A stretch of DNA of 64,000 nucleotides from Macrostomum lignano. Its lineage: Eukaryota. The notes beneath the pieces are model-generated. The model saw only the letters and a program-made list of their open reading frames with translations. It was not told the DNA's origin and did no database searches. Below are positions 12,960 through 25,745 of the stretch, one piece after another. The stretch lies in assembly GCA_002269645.1 (NCBI GenBank), contig NIVC01000861.1:1-64000 (forward strand), written 5' to 3'. Numbering within the stretch: the first letter of the stretch is position 1; each line of letters begins with the position of its first letter. The translations under genes and the position numbers were made by a program.

Positions 12960-15103
12960 CTGAAATAGAAGGTAAGACTACATAGTTAAGAATGCATATG
13001 GTAAGTATGACGGACAGACACTGAGACAACCGCTGAGACTGTGAGACAGACACTGAGGCAGACACTAGGACAGACACTGAGACACTAAGAGAGGCTGAGG
13101 CAGACTGATTACAACCTGCCAAGCCTACTGACTGATTATGACAGTTTTCTGAAACCTCTACCGGAGACTGAGACAGACACTAGATAGACAGTTTTTAAAT
13201 AAGCTATTCTAGTACTGCTTAAATACTACTAACGCTGATTTAAGTAGCATCTGTCGTTTTATCTAAGCAGATCATATTACTGCTTGGAAATAAATATTTA
13301 ATAAAACCTGAAAATGACGAATCGAGGTTACACTTGTGTCTGGATTAAAAATCTTGCGCTTCAATTTCTTCCTTATTTAATGATCATAACATAGAGTTTA
13401 AAACAGTAGAGCTCAGTTGTAGAGGTTTCAGAAAAGTGTCATTATCAGCCAGTAGGCTTGGCAGGCCGTAATAAGTTAAACAACAGCATTGCACACTGGT
13501 TCAATTAATATTAAAAGATAGTACTTAGGAATGCTGTTCAATGCAACCAATTGAGTTCAATTTCAGCACACCAGCAGCCAAAAAGGAGCTATAGGTTCAG
13601 GGGGATTTCCCCTACCCAGACAATTTCTTTTGCTGTGCCAAAATGGAGCAATGCAGGAAAATTTTTGTTGTTGAGGAAAATATCCCTTTGGTACTTAGTA
13701 GTTCTACTGTTAAGATGGCCTCTGTGCAATCAGGTTTGTGACAAAAAAATCTTTTGTCTCTTATGAGGATTTGTTCCCATTGGGATGAGCACTTAAAAGC
13801 TTAATCAAATCACATGTATAAAATACTTACTGCCAGCATGTTCTTCACGAAGAAACTGATGCGAAGGATTTCCAACCATCTAAAAAAATTATTGTTGAAG
13901 CGCCAATATAATGTAATCCTTTTTTAAACTTGGAAATTGATTGGAATCTTTCTACTATTTTGAATGCATATGTCAGTTGCAGATCAAGGATTTCTGCTTG
14001 GGGGGGGCAGCAGCAGGGTCTAAACTGGTACCAAAACCAAAAGTGCCACATAGCGCCAGAAAGCTGCCATTTTGCTATAAAAATAAAAAAGTACCATTTG
14101 TGTGACAAGTACGAGTAGATTAAGTTTGACAAACTATAGCAGTGGGGGCAGATACCTAAATCCACACCTACCATAGGTACTTAAGAAGTTTAAAAAATTA
14201 ATGACATTTGCAATGACAATCTGTAGTTTGAAAAATTGCCATCGAAAGGCAATTTTGCTGACATAATTTAATTATATGATTATTGTCTTTTTTCAATCTT
14301 AGATAGTTTGATTGCCTGGCCTATGCCTAGCTCAGCTTTATACAAAATGTTCTATTATGTTCTATTGAAGCCTTTTGATTGAGCCTGTTGGTGCCTCTAA
14401 AGGATACAGTTTACAGATTGATGTGTTGCTTGGCATAAAATCTTAGCTGATTTTTTACTTCTAGTATGGTATCGTGGCATTGCCATGGGTTTGATTTTCT
14501 ATTCAGAGGTGTAGGACCATATAAAAATCTTGAAATTTATTTAGACAGTTCCGTAGGGTACATGACTAAGACAGTTACATACCAGGACAGCTGCAACTTC
14601 AACTTAAGTTTTAAATTTTATTTAAAACAAGCTAGTCTCATTTTTTTTAACTCATGACAGGTATGTTGGTTTGAAGAAGGCAAATTTTTTATTTGCTTTA
14701 GTTTTAATTATAAATATAATATTGTAATTTGTACATTTAACTTTCACCTATTTGGCATAATAAACTACACCTTTATAAATCAATTACTTCTAATTATTAT
14801 TTTAAAGCTGAAGTAGTCAACTGTCAAATTGGCCTGCATAAGAAAAGCAATGAAACATATACTCGTAGTACTAACATCTGTAATAATAACTGAAAAAGCA
14901 CTTTATTGTTGATTATCCATTGAATATTTTAGAAAATCTTATCTGTGAGCCAGTGGCTGTCTTAGTGTGTCGCTAGCTTGGTCTTATCCATTGCTATAAA
15001 CTACTGCTAAAGTAAGGAGTCTTTGAAACCATCTCCTAATACTAAAGCTGACGTTTCAACTAAAAGTAATAGGCACCAAGAACCACAAAAATAAATGTTG
15101 TAA

Positions 15104-15665
15104 GACCAAGATGGTCACACACCAAGATAGCCACAGCATTGAATCTCTCTATTCTTTTCCTCTGTACCATCAATTAGCAACTCAATAGCTATTGTAATAT
15201 TAACTAATATGTTTAATACTAATGGTAGGCTCAGGTAGACTCCAAAAATCAACTTGAAACTAATTACCTATAATAAAAAAATAAAATCTTTTTCTGTGTT
15301 TATGCCAATTTATTCCCTATCATTGCATTGGTCAAATCTATCTATCACCATTAGTATTAGTTTATTAAGAAACCATTGCTACTAGTAATGCTATTCAAAA
15401 AAGGATATAAATGCAACAAGGTATGTATTTTGTGCTAGGTTGCATGCTTTACTTAGTAGATAAATATATATAGGTCAGGCTATAATAAAAGCTAAAGCAA
15501 AAGGAATGTTCTTAATTCAAAATAATTCTATTATAGCATCTATTTCTCAAGACTGAAAGATCTATCTATATGATGTATATCTAATACAGATTAATACCAA
15601 CAAAAAATGATTATCTATTTATACATTTAGGGCTGCGGCCATCTTGGTATGTGGCCATCTAGGTC
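15104..15665. mobile_element. Older MITE-like element with about 34-bp imperfect inverted repeats
   Basis: GACCAAGATGGTCACACACCAAGATAGCCACAGC (15104-15137) versus the reverse complement of 15632-15665; AT-rich interior. Confidence 0.55.
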
Positions 15666-15935
15666 AAGCGCCAAATAAATATGTGTATTTATTTCGTTTA
15701 TTTACTAGTCAAAATAATCCCGTGCATGCACGCCTGCTCGTCAATTTCTGAAGTTAAAAACTTCTGAAAAATTATCGCGTGTATGAATTAAAAAGAAAAA
15801 CAAATTTCTAGTCAGATAGCCCAATATTTAGGTTAATAAAAACGGTAACACCACAAAGACACAGACAATAAATATTTTCCATCGCATAAAACTACTATAC
15901 AAAATTAATGCGCGAGTACCATAAACTAACTACTA

Positions 15936-16165
15936 GTACACCTTTTCACGTTCAATTTTGAACAAAGTCCAGTTCTAAAAAAACTAGCGGAAATTCAATT
16001 CAGACAATTCAGACTGGGGCAACAAAACCCAGTTCAAAACATTCTGCTACGGAAGCGAGGTTTAGCCATAGACAAAATTGTCCCCAGTCTAAATTGTCTG
16101 AATTGAATTTCCGCTAGTTTTTTTAGAACTGGACTTTGTTCAAAATTGAACGTGAAAAGGTGTAC
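15936..16165. mobile_element. MITE with about 85-bp near-perfect TIRs, TA-flanked (Tc1/mariner-like)
   Basis: TACACCTTTTCACGTTCAATTTTGAAC... and ...GTTCAAAATTGAACGTGAAAAGGTGTA. Confidence 0.85.
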
Positions 16166-17117
16166 AACGTTAAAATATAACTCTCATAGACATGACTCTT
16201 AAGAGAGATAAGACTAGATCTACACAAAAATCTATGCAGTGAACAAAATAAGGGCAAAGCCCATAAGTTAAAGTGGAATTGCTATCGCATGTAGATAGCA
16301 ACCTAGTGTCCAGTGTCCTTTGATCGTACGAGTAAATTAATTTTTTAATTTTGAATTTAACGAATGTGAGATTTTTAATTTTCGCGTCAATTTGAATTTT
16401 GTTTAAATTTTTAGTTTGTTTTAACTTCGTGTTGAAATTCAAAACTTATTTTCTCTGTCTTTTTCGCATAATATTTACAAACGGATGCAGTATATATTAA
16501 ATGACAAATACAAGTACAGAGGCGATTGATTTTATGCCTTTATCAGACATCCACAAATTAGAAAAACAGCACTTTGTGAATTAGGAAATTGGAAATTGGA
16601 AATTGGTCTGTCTATCACTTATCAATAACTCGTTTGGTATACCTTATTTTGCTATAAAAACGTTCAGAACGAAAATGTGCCTCGCTTCTTGTGCCTGTAT
16701 TATTCTTCTTTGACCAAATTTCCACTAAATTTAGGAGCATAAAAGACTATAGATTCGTAGCATAATGCAATTCTAAGCTAAGCTAGACATAATAAAAGAA
16801 AATATAATGAGTACAATGCAATTTAGGACCAACCGGCCACGTTTGCTTACCTTTGGGATAAAATAAAGATAAAAAGCTTAGGATTAAAAATCTCTGAACC
16901 TTAAGGTTAAACTGATTCAATTATAGTTTAATAAATGATAGGTATTGAAAAGTCGGATACTATTAGTTGAATGAAACGCGTTAAGTATTGAAAGATTGCA
17001 ATTCCTTGCAGCTAAAACGAAACGCGTTCTGGGAGTTTTTTAAATTTGGAAGAGTTGGGAAAGACAAAGAGCCGTCTTCATCCAGCATACATTAATATAC
17101 GAGAAATGAGTCACGGA

Positions 17118-17807
17118 TGTGCAGCGTTTTCAGCTAGCTTCATTGCTAGTACAGTGCTAGTACGCTAGTGCGCACTACCGTCCACACTCACCCCACACCC
17201 ACCCCTCTCCGCTTGTGGGCTGGCTTCCGCTAAGGGAGCCCATCCCACCGTGGGCTGGGTACCGTTAGCGGGCTATTTTTTGCGTGGGATGGGTCCCGCT
17301 AGCGGGAAGCCGTTAGGTGCTGTTTGGCAACCCCCCCCACCCTCTGTGAAACCTCTCGTTTACCTGTGCGTTAACTCTTCTGATAACTTCTCTCTTGGAA
17401 GTCCAGCGCAGCTTGCGCTAGGCCTTAGCCAACCTATCTGATTTCTGATCCATCTGCGACTGTGTGTCCTCGAGTGTGCTAAATCCCAACCGAACTAACA
17501 GAGACTAGCACAGTTCCTCATCCCCACACTTGAGCCCGGCAGGACCGCTGACGAGGTGTGCACCGGTACGAACTGTCAAATCTGCACGACGTGCTGAGTT
17601 CTCGTGTCTCGTTTATTTCGCTCAGCCCGGAGTCTCCCTCACCGAAGGACAAGATCCGAGCGAGCTGGTGGCAGCACTACCAACACCACTAAGGATTGCT
17701 AGAAGACTTCCTGGGAGAGTCTACCAAGAGCTCAAAGTAGGCAGCTCACGTGACTGACAGGGAAGTAGCCGGAACCAAGTACCTCATTGGTGGCAGCGGT
17801 GGGATTC
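17118..17807 (+). mobile_element. LTR plus tRNA-Leu PBS of a truncated LTR retrotransposon
   Basis: ...CCTCA (17786), 1 nt, then TGGTGGCAGCGGTGGGATTC (17788-17807), complementary to the 3' end plus CCA of tRNA-Leu(AAG/TAG type). LTR start at TGT 17118 is a guess; no second LTR or gag/pol found. Confidence 0.72.
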
Positions 17808-18611
17808 AAAGACCTACCAGGCCACCTCGAGACAACCCCGAGACAACAACAAGTACTTCACCTTTTTGAAAGAAAAAGCACTGCACCTCCTTAATAAGAG
17901 TAGTACATCATTTTTTAAAAGTAAATCAGCTACAGCCATGGAAATTTTGCATACATCGGATTCTGGGACTGATGATGTCATCACAGAGAATGCTGAAACC
18001 GAGTCACTGGATTCCATTGCAGATAAGTAGGACTTTTTTCACCCATTTTTCGTATGATCAGCGCTGCTGAACATGCTCGGCAGAAACGGCTACTGTGCAG
18101 CACATAACTTTTCTTTTACCATAGACTCAAAAAAATCAGCAGTGAAGGCTGTTGGTCCAAGGGTCCATGGTCAGCTCTGCTGACCATCCCCAGTGTAAAA
18201 AGTCGAGTCCGACGGACTCAGATTCGTCATAGTCCGCAGTGATAGGTTATGTACGACCATGTCTTATCTGATCGGACCCTGATCGGACCCTGACTTGTAG
18301 ACTTTGGAAAGACTGCTATTGGACTCTCTATTTATGGCTACTATCAGTAGTGTTAATTGCGAAGTTTGCTTGATTTAAATAGAGAATTAAAAATTGTTTT
18401 ATTTCTTTTTAAAAATTGCAATGAGTTGTTTTACTTTTTTGTTTTTGAAGTTTATTTGTATATAATTATTACAATAGATTACAATAAATTAATTAGCAAT
18501 GATAAATGTACCTATAATGACAAATTATAATTCTTTATACTAAATGTTTCATTACCCAGCCATACCGTACATTTTTTCCAGTCAAACATTAAAATAGACA
18601 GTTATTAAATA

Positions 18612-20873
18612 TTAATCAGAATCTGAGTCAACGACTGTAGGCCGGCTGCCCCTTTTGCACTGCTTTTTGGCTGATAAATCATCGGCTGTGGCAGCCCGCT
18701 TCAATCCTCTGGTCGCTGTAGCAGCGGCAGCTTCAGCATTATCGGTGGCCCGTGCAGCTTTTGCTTGAAGTCGCTTCTGCCTCGCAACCTCTCTTTCCAA
18801 TGCGTGCTTCAGGACGTCTTTGATAGCATTCTCAATGCTCTTGTCGCTATGCACAGGTTCCCCCGTTTTAGGGTCCCTTGGAAAGAGGTCCTGAACGGCA
18901 TCTGAAAAAAATAATTATCAATTTCATGTTGTAATGATCACGCTTGTAGATGTCTACTATCAGTAGCAACAACCGGAAATAAAAAAGAGAAATGAAACTT
19001 TAACATAATATGCCCGATTTACTGTAAATCAAAAAGTGTGATCCCCGACCCCGAGTGATTCTGGGTGAGGTGAACTGGAGTGCAATAGAATAGTGAGTAG
19101 TGGTGAACTGGAAGCAAACGAATAGCAATAAATTCCAACAAGCACTCACCAATAAACAACTTTCTGACTCTCTTGAATCCCAGCTGCTCATAGTCGATGA
19201 TGCTGCACTCTGGAAATTCCTCTTGGCAGCGCGGAATACAGCCTTTGCCGCTCCAATTGACCAGACACAGCATCCTCGGCGACAAACACTTGTCCATCAT
19301 TCGACGGATCGTATCCGGCAGGGTGCTGCACCGGCAACCACGCAGGCCTGCGATCTGAGTTGTGACATAAAAAGTATCCGGTGAATTGTGAAAACTTTCA
19401 ATTTTCAATTTTCAAAAACAAATCCTCAAAAAGTGTCACGCTCTACTTTAAGTAGAAATACATAATCACTTATTTCATTTCCACACTACACATTCGGTTA
19501 TCTTTATCCACAAAGATGACAAACTAAAAAATGAGCTGTCTTCTTTTTAAGTGATTGTGATTCTCTTCCTATCAGTGTTTCGGATATACTTACAAGGCTG
19601 GACTGAAGCTGCGTTGATGAGAGAAAGTCAATATACTTCTCCCAGGAGTCGATGGGCTCAAAGTATTGGCGACTGCCGCGGGCTGGTCCTGATGTTCCGG
19701 AGCCGAGACGTGCGTCCGCGAGGGAAGAAGCGATGCCCTCCAGAATCGGCAGCACTTTTTGCTCCAGCTGCTTAATTCTTCGGACAGCGTCGCAGCTTCG
19801 GCGTGCGCTCAGCATGGCTAGTATGGCGACTCCGTTCAGCGATTCGGCCGTTGTTCCTTCTGCTGCGAGATACTGCCTGATGTTGTGCATCGCTGCTGGA
19901 TTTAGTTGGTCGATCCCAGCGTCAGAATCTGGGTCATCGGCGACATACCGCCGAACTGTTGTCGGCGGCGTAGCTGGCACCGACATCGACGTCGCCGCTA
20001 CGCTGTCCCGCCGAACTGTTGTCGGCGGTGTGGCTGGCACCGACATCGACGTCGCCGCGACGCTGTCCCGCCGAACTGTTGTCGGTGGCGTGGCTGGCAC
20101 CGACATCGACGTCGCCGCGACGCTGTCCCGCCGAACTGTTGTCGGTGGCGTGGCTGGCACCGACATCGACGTCGCCGCGACGCTGTCCCGCCGAACTGTT
20201 GTCGCGCTGTCCCGCCGAACTGTTGTCGGCGGCGTGGCTGGCACCGACATCGACGGTGGCGTACGTGTGTTCAGCGGGTGCCGTTGAGAAGGCAGAAGGG
20301 CGTGATTGAAGGCAGGCAGCTCTGGTTGAGCAGCAAGAGCTGCAACGTCCCCTTCCTGGCTTTCCCTCATCCGGTTTTCGCTCTGCGCCTCATTCTCTTC
20401 GTCGGATGTTCTAATGTCCTTTGGTATGAGAGTGGGTGAAAGAAGCTGAGAAGTGCGAGTGAATGACGGTTAGAGAAAATTGATAATTAAATTTGAAATT
20501 GAAAAAAAATATTTTCACTTACCCTCATGTTCGTGAATCGGTTCCGCCGGCCGACATTCACCCTGGGAATGGCGCACAGAATCCCTTCGAGACTCTTTCT
20601 TTTAATGCTGATCAAATCCCGAATAAATTTTATAGTCGGGTCTGTTTCCGTGTTCTCATCAAGTACAATTTGAACTATGCACGCGTCAAACCATTCATTG
20701 CCGAAGTCGGCCCTTACTCTAATTGGATTTTTATAAAAGCGATTTTCTGCGCCTAACTTCTCCCAGTCCTCCACAGTATACTCTTGGTACTCACCAAGAG
20801 CTACCTCACTGAACATGAGCTCAATGACCTGCTTGTCGGTCTCAAAATAAACAATGAATCGGACAGATTCCAT
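18612..20873 (-). CDS. Transposon accessory protein with DUF4806-like C-terminal region, 4 exons (20873-20523, 20445-19594, 19354-19150, 18901-18612), 565 aa
   Basis: ATG at 20873; three phase-consistent GT-AG introns. TIRRMMDKCLSPRMLCLVNWSGKG...F...LF and SIENAIKDVLKHALER resemble DUF4806 (by-eye recognition). Confidence 0.75.
19945..20245 (-). repeat. In-frame 60-bp coding tandem repeat (SMSVPATPPTTVRRDSVAAT, about 5 copies)
   Basis: Near-identical 60-bp units inside exon 2 of the accessory gene. Confidence 0.9.
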
Positions 20874-21157
20874 TGCTGTCTGTCAAATCTAGATGGGAAT
20901 CGGAACTGGAAAAAGACTGGATTGACTGTCTTCTATGCAGGTTGGCATGAGAATATAGCTATAGTTGCGGGAAAGGGATGCAGGAAAATCAAATTCCTCA
21001 TCCAATCAGCGCAGCTATAGCTGTATTGACCAACCCTCACCCATTACTCGACCTCCTCCCCATTCTTCCCTCCCCCTTCCCACTCGGGCCTCGATCCTAA
21101 ATCAAGCTTCAAAAAATGAAAAATATTAAAAATCATTCGAAATGAAAAAAAATTGAG

Positions 21158-23422
21158 TTGTATTTGCAAAACAAATATGCCGAAGGAAAAAAAACCGAGG
21201 ACGACACGAATCCAAGCAGACAGTTTCAAAACTTCCTATCTGAAAGCCGGAAGTCTGCACTACCCATTGAAAATCTACATGCCGATGCAAATATTTTCCC
21301 AGCTTGCGCTGAAACCGACCCTGCAGATCGCGATTTCGAATTCGACTCAGGATTCCTCGCACAGTGCATGAATGCTTTGGTTCTTCCGAGCGAATACGAA
21401 GATGACGAAGCCAGAGTAGCTTCTGATGATGAAGATAGTGAAGACGAGGCAGCGAAGCCCAGCATGGACACTCTAGACGACGAGCTGCTCGTCCTTTTCT
21501 TGCTGCACAACCTGTCTCACAGGGCCATGCAGTTCCTCTTAAATGCACTTCACAGTCGTGGATTGCCTGTTTCCAAATCCCTTTACTTATTAACAACGAA
21601 GGATGGGAAAAAGAAAGTCCTTAAATACCCAATGGGGACAGGCGACTTTGCATACTTAGGTATTGCCTCGAATATCGGCTACCTCCTGAGCAAAAATCTA
21701 CTGAGATTGGGCCAAGCATCTACTCTTCCGAACGGTTCTAAAGGGTTCGAAGTCGACATCAAAATTGGCATTGACGGGATGCCAGTTTACAGGGCATCGA
21801 ACTATAGTGCCTGGCCCATCTTGGCGCTAATCTCTGGATTCGACAGACCCGTCCCGATCGGGCTGTTTGCTGGAATAGGTGAGTGACGAAAAAACTAAGC
21901 GATATTTCCCACTTTAAATCCCACATCCGATTTAAATCCCACGCCTACCAAATCCCACACTCATTATATTTTCACACTTATTAAAATTATGTAAATAAAA
22001 TTCGAAATTTAAATTTTTATCCTATTTGAATCTCAGGAAAGCCGCCTCTAGAAGACTACATAGCCGAATTTTGCAAGGAGGCTGCGGAACTGATGTCGGA
22101 CTTCAAGATGATTGAAGGAGTGAACATCAAGATCCGAAAACTAGACTTCATCTGCGATGCGCCAGCTCGCTCATTCATCTGCAAGACACTGGGGCACAAT
22201 TCTCATGCCGGCTGTTTCTATTGTAGAAGTATAGGAAAGACCGTCGACAGACGAGTTGTGTACCCGACAACAGCGGGAGAGTCGCGCACGGCTGAAGATT
22301 ATCGCACAGGAAGGTAGGAAGATTACTTGCTAGTTAATAAAAAAGTAATCTCCCTACGAGAATCGCCCATAATATCTTTAAGTGAATCGCCCATAATCTC
22401 CACATTTCTTCCGTCTATCTCCACATAATCCTCAACGTTTCAGTGAGTCAAACCAGCGCGCTGGGCCCAGTCCCCTGATGCAACTGCCGGGATTGGAGTT
22501 TCCGCAGTGCATTCCACCGGACTATATGCATCTGGTCTGCCTAGGAACAGTGCGGAAGCTGTTCCACTTTCTGTTTGCTACGGATGACGGCCGCCACTGC
22601 AAACTTCGGCCCAGCGACATAGCAGCACTATCAGACGAAGTACAAAAGGTCGCTCCGTTCACACCATCCGAATTCCAACGACGACCTCGTCGGATTGATC
22701 GGGAGTTGTCTCATTTTAAGGCGTCAGAGTTGAAAAACTTTGTTCTGTATTTCGGCCCGGTTATCTTTCGGCGATTTCTTCCCGTCCTCCTGTACAAAAA
22801 TTTCCTGCTTCTACACTTTGCAATATATGTGTTCATGACGCCAGAGTTATTATCTCATCCCGAGATTTTTCGCTACGCCGCAGCTGCCCTAACCATGTTT
22901 GTCAGCGACGCCCATAAGCTGTACGGAAACAGTGTCATGAGTCACAACACTCACGTGCTGCTGCACCTTCCGGAATTTGTTCGTTCCTTTGGTAGCTTGA
23001 GCAATTTCTGCGCCTTCCCCTTTGAGAACTATTTGTCGCACCTAAAAAAGCGACTACGAGTAACTCGCTTCACCACAGCACATTTGCTGGCACAAATGCT
23101 GAACGTGCGCGAAATGCTGACCACGAACCCAGCTTCATCTCTGCGCTACAGTCCAACTCCAAAGCCGCCTAACAACTGCTGCGTGATTGGAGACAACATA
23201 GTGCGTATTTCAGCAGTCCATGGCAATGGAGAAGTCACAGGAGTGATTCTCCAATTTAATGGTGGCCTGTACGAGTACCCATACACATCGGAGCTCCTGC
23301 GCATAGGGTACTACTGTGACTCCCGTCAAACAATTACCGGAATGCCAAAGAAGAAGTGCATAATGCTACCGCAACCAATATGCTGCCTTGTTGTGCCACT
23401 GGTGTCAGAGGATTTGAATTGA
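21158..23422 (+). CDS. EnSpm/CMC-type DDE transposase, 3 exons (about 21158-21878, 22037-22313, 22444-23422)
   Basis: Motifs IGIDGMP...WPIL, GKP, FICDAPARSFI..TLGHNSHAGCFYC, SPL, PPDYMHLVCLG, FQRRPR, FKASELKNF, HNTHVLLHL, FPFENYL; GT-AG junctions are phase-consistent. Start codon uncertain (TTG 21158, in-frame ATG 21368, out-of-frame ATG 21177). Confidence 0.9.
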
Positions 23423-25084
23423 ACATCGAATATTATTCTCATATGCTCGTATTGACCATACTCTCAATTAGATTAGGTGCACATAAGCTTGCAGTTATAA
23501 ACTCGTGAGCTGTAAAGGTCATAAAGTATTGAAATAAACGCATTCGTAATTTAGGTGCACCTAACCTAATGCGAAAGTCATTTGTAATAATAATAAAATT
23601 TATAAGTAATCATACTTCTAGTTATTTTCACGACCAATTCCATGCTATTCTACCTGGACTATTCTAACCTGGACTGCAAGCCTCAGAATTTCCTCATGTG
23701 GGCCTCACTGGGGTTTCGGTGCACAAGATGCGGGGCAGAGACCAAGTTGGGGCAGGGAAGAGAGGGGAAGACAGGAAAGGCAGTGAACAATGTGCAGTGA
23801 ATTTAATTCCAAGTTATTTTATTCAGGGCGACCCATTTCATTCCTTGCTCTTTTCATACTTTGAAGTATGCTCTTTATTGCTCTAGACAAGTGTACGGCT
23901 TATCAAAAAGCAAATTCTCCTGTTTGTTAGTTTAAATTTCTATTTTTCTTCTTGCAACAATGCAAATTGCAATCCAATGTTCCCGCCTCTCGTATCTGGG
24001 GCTCTCCGCGGCCAGCCGGTTCGCAATGGGCAGGTTGGGGGACCTCCCGCCTTCACTATCTCACTGACGGGCAGTTTTTTTAACTGACGGGCAAACAATT
24101 ACTCCAGGTTTCAATTTGCTGGGTTGTTTGCCCCAAGTTTCAATCTCTGACTCTGAATTTTGGTTGCAAGTCCAGATTGCAAAGTATAGAAGTTTGGTCT
24201 TAGAAAAGGATTCCAAAGCACCAGGTGGGGCCGTGGGGGCGGCAGAGGCAAAGACCTGGCCCTGCAATTCCCAGCGCTCTGATCCGGCAGCTTAAAGCTA
24301 GATCAGTGTTTTGCGGGCTCTTGAGCACATTCATGCAACTTTGGTTTGCTTCTAGGACTTGTAATAACCGTATGTACAATTAATGAGCCGGTTTATTACA
24401 GAATAGGCCAGTAAGTTTTCCCGATTAGTCGCTACCCCCCCCCGGGCCTAGAGCCGCTTAATGGTGACGTCATCATCCCATTGCCAGGCACCGTTGGTCA
24501 AAGTCACGTCAACGATTTATGCGCCTGTTCCGTGAAGCTGATAAAGCTGAAGAAACCAGGTTTCCGTCATCTGCATCGTCTTCTCTGCCATCCGCATCTT
24601 CTACTTGTCTGCTGCTGTGCAGTGAAGGTCCCCTGTGCCCTTGCATCGCCACGTCGATCGCCTGGGACCCGGTTCAACGCATCTGAAATCTTCAACTCTC
24701 AGGTTAATGGCTGTTTAACAGAGAAGTGAATTTCTCATTTGTAAGTTCGTTCTAATTTTATCATCTGAGGTCAATCATTTGTAGAATTGTTACAGGTCGT
24801 CGGTCATACATGTATATCTATAGGCTGCTATACTGACCCGGAAACTGATCCAAAATCATAATTCAGCAAGGCAAAAATACGACGTACTGATTTTTATTAG
24901 AATTATTGTGTGATAAAAGAAGTCTGAGTGGAACTGTAATTAACAGCGATGTATTTTAGTTTGAGAAACAAATTTTGATTACTGAAACAACGTTACAAGT
25001 CTACCTGATTTTTTAGGCATTTTTGGATAAATATTATTGAGAGGATAGGATAAATTCTGGCGTAGGGAATGTCTCGGTTAGATT

Positions 25085-25745
25085 TCAAATAAATAATCCG
25101 AATAGGCACTTTAAAACTTTGCAAAACGAAGTGGCTACAATTTTCTTGAATAAAGATTATACGATGATTAATAATTAAAATTTAAAGAAAAAAAATTTAG
25201 CTCCAAAAAACGAGATTAGCTCAAAAGTATCTAAACAACAAACAATCACCAGAGTAGCTAGCTATAAGCTATTGTAGACAAAGCAAATTTTCAAATTTGC
25301 TCATAGTGGATAAATAAATGATTCAGTTTTGCTTATATCTGCTTTTTAAATTAAAATTAGTATGATTTGTTAGACATTTCTGGATAAATTTGTTTTACTG
25401 AATCACTTCTATAAGGTTATACAGTTGGATTTGAAATAATCCAAATAGGCACTTCAAACTTTGCACAATCGAGTTGCTACAATTTTCTTGAATAAATATT
25501 ACAAGACGATTATTAATTAAAAATTTAAGAAAAAAATTTAGCTCCAACGAGATTAGCTCGTAAGTATAGCTAACAAGAAGCAATCACCATATTATAGCTA
25601 TTGTAGACAAAGCAAATTTTCAAATTTACGCATAGTGGATAAATAAATGATTCAGTTTCGCTTTAAATCCGCTTTTTAAATTAAAATTAGTATGATTTGT
25701 TAGACATTTCTGGATAAATTTGTTTTACTGGATCATTTTTATAAG
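25085..25745. repeat. Diverged direct duplication of about 340 bp
   Basis: AATAATCC(G/A)AATAGGCACTT...TGGATAAATTTGTTTTACTG occurs twice. Confidence 0.85.

Larger units (their letters stand above)
18188..23713. mobile_element. EnSpm/CACTA (CMC) DNA transposon, apparently full length, two divergent genes
   Basis: CCCCAGTG at 18188-18195 and CACTGGGG at 23706-23713 form short terminal inverted repeats around a CMC transposase and an accessory gene; short subterminal GGACT/AGTCC motifs at both ends. No TSD seen. Confidence 0.75.

Noticed and set aside
12960-13122. N-terminal 54 aa of the 513-aa ORF
   Set aside because: Reads through a (GAGACAGACACT)-type repeat upstream of a good splice acceptor, and starts at a non-ATG codon.
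24480-24730. GC-richer island with an acceptor-like site and an acidic reading frame
   Set aside because: All minus-strand frames are interrupted and no motif was recognised.
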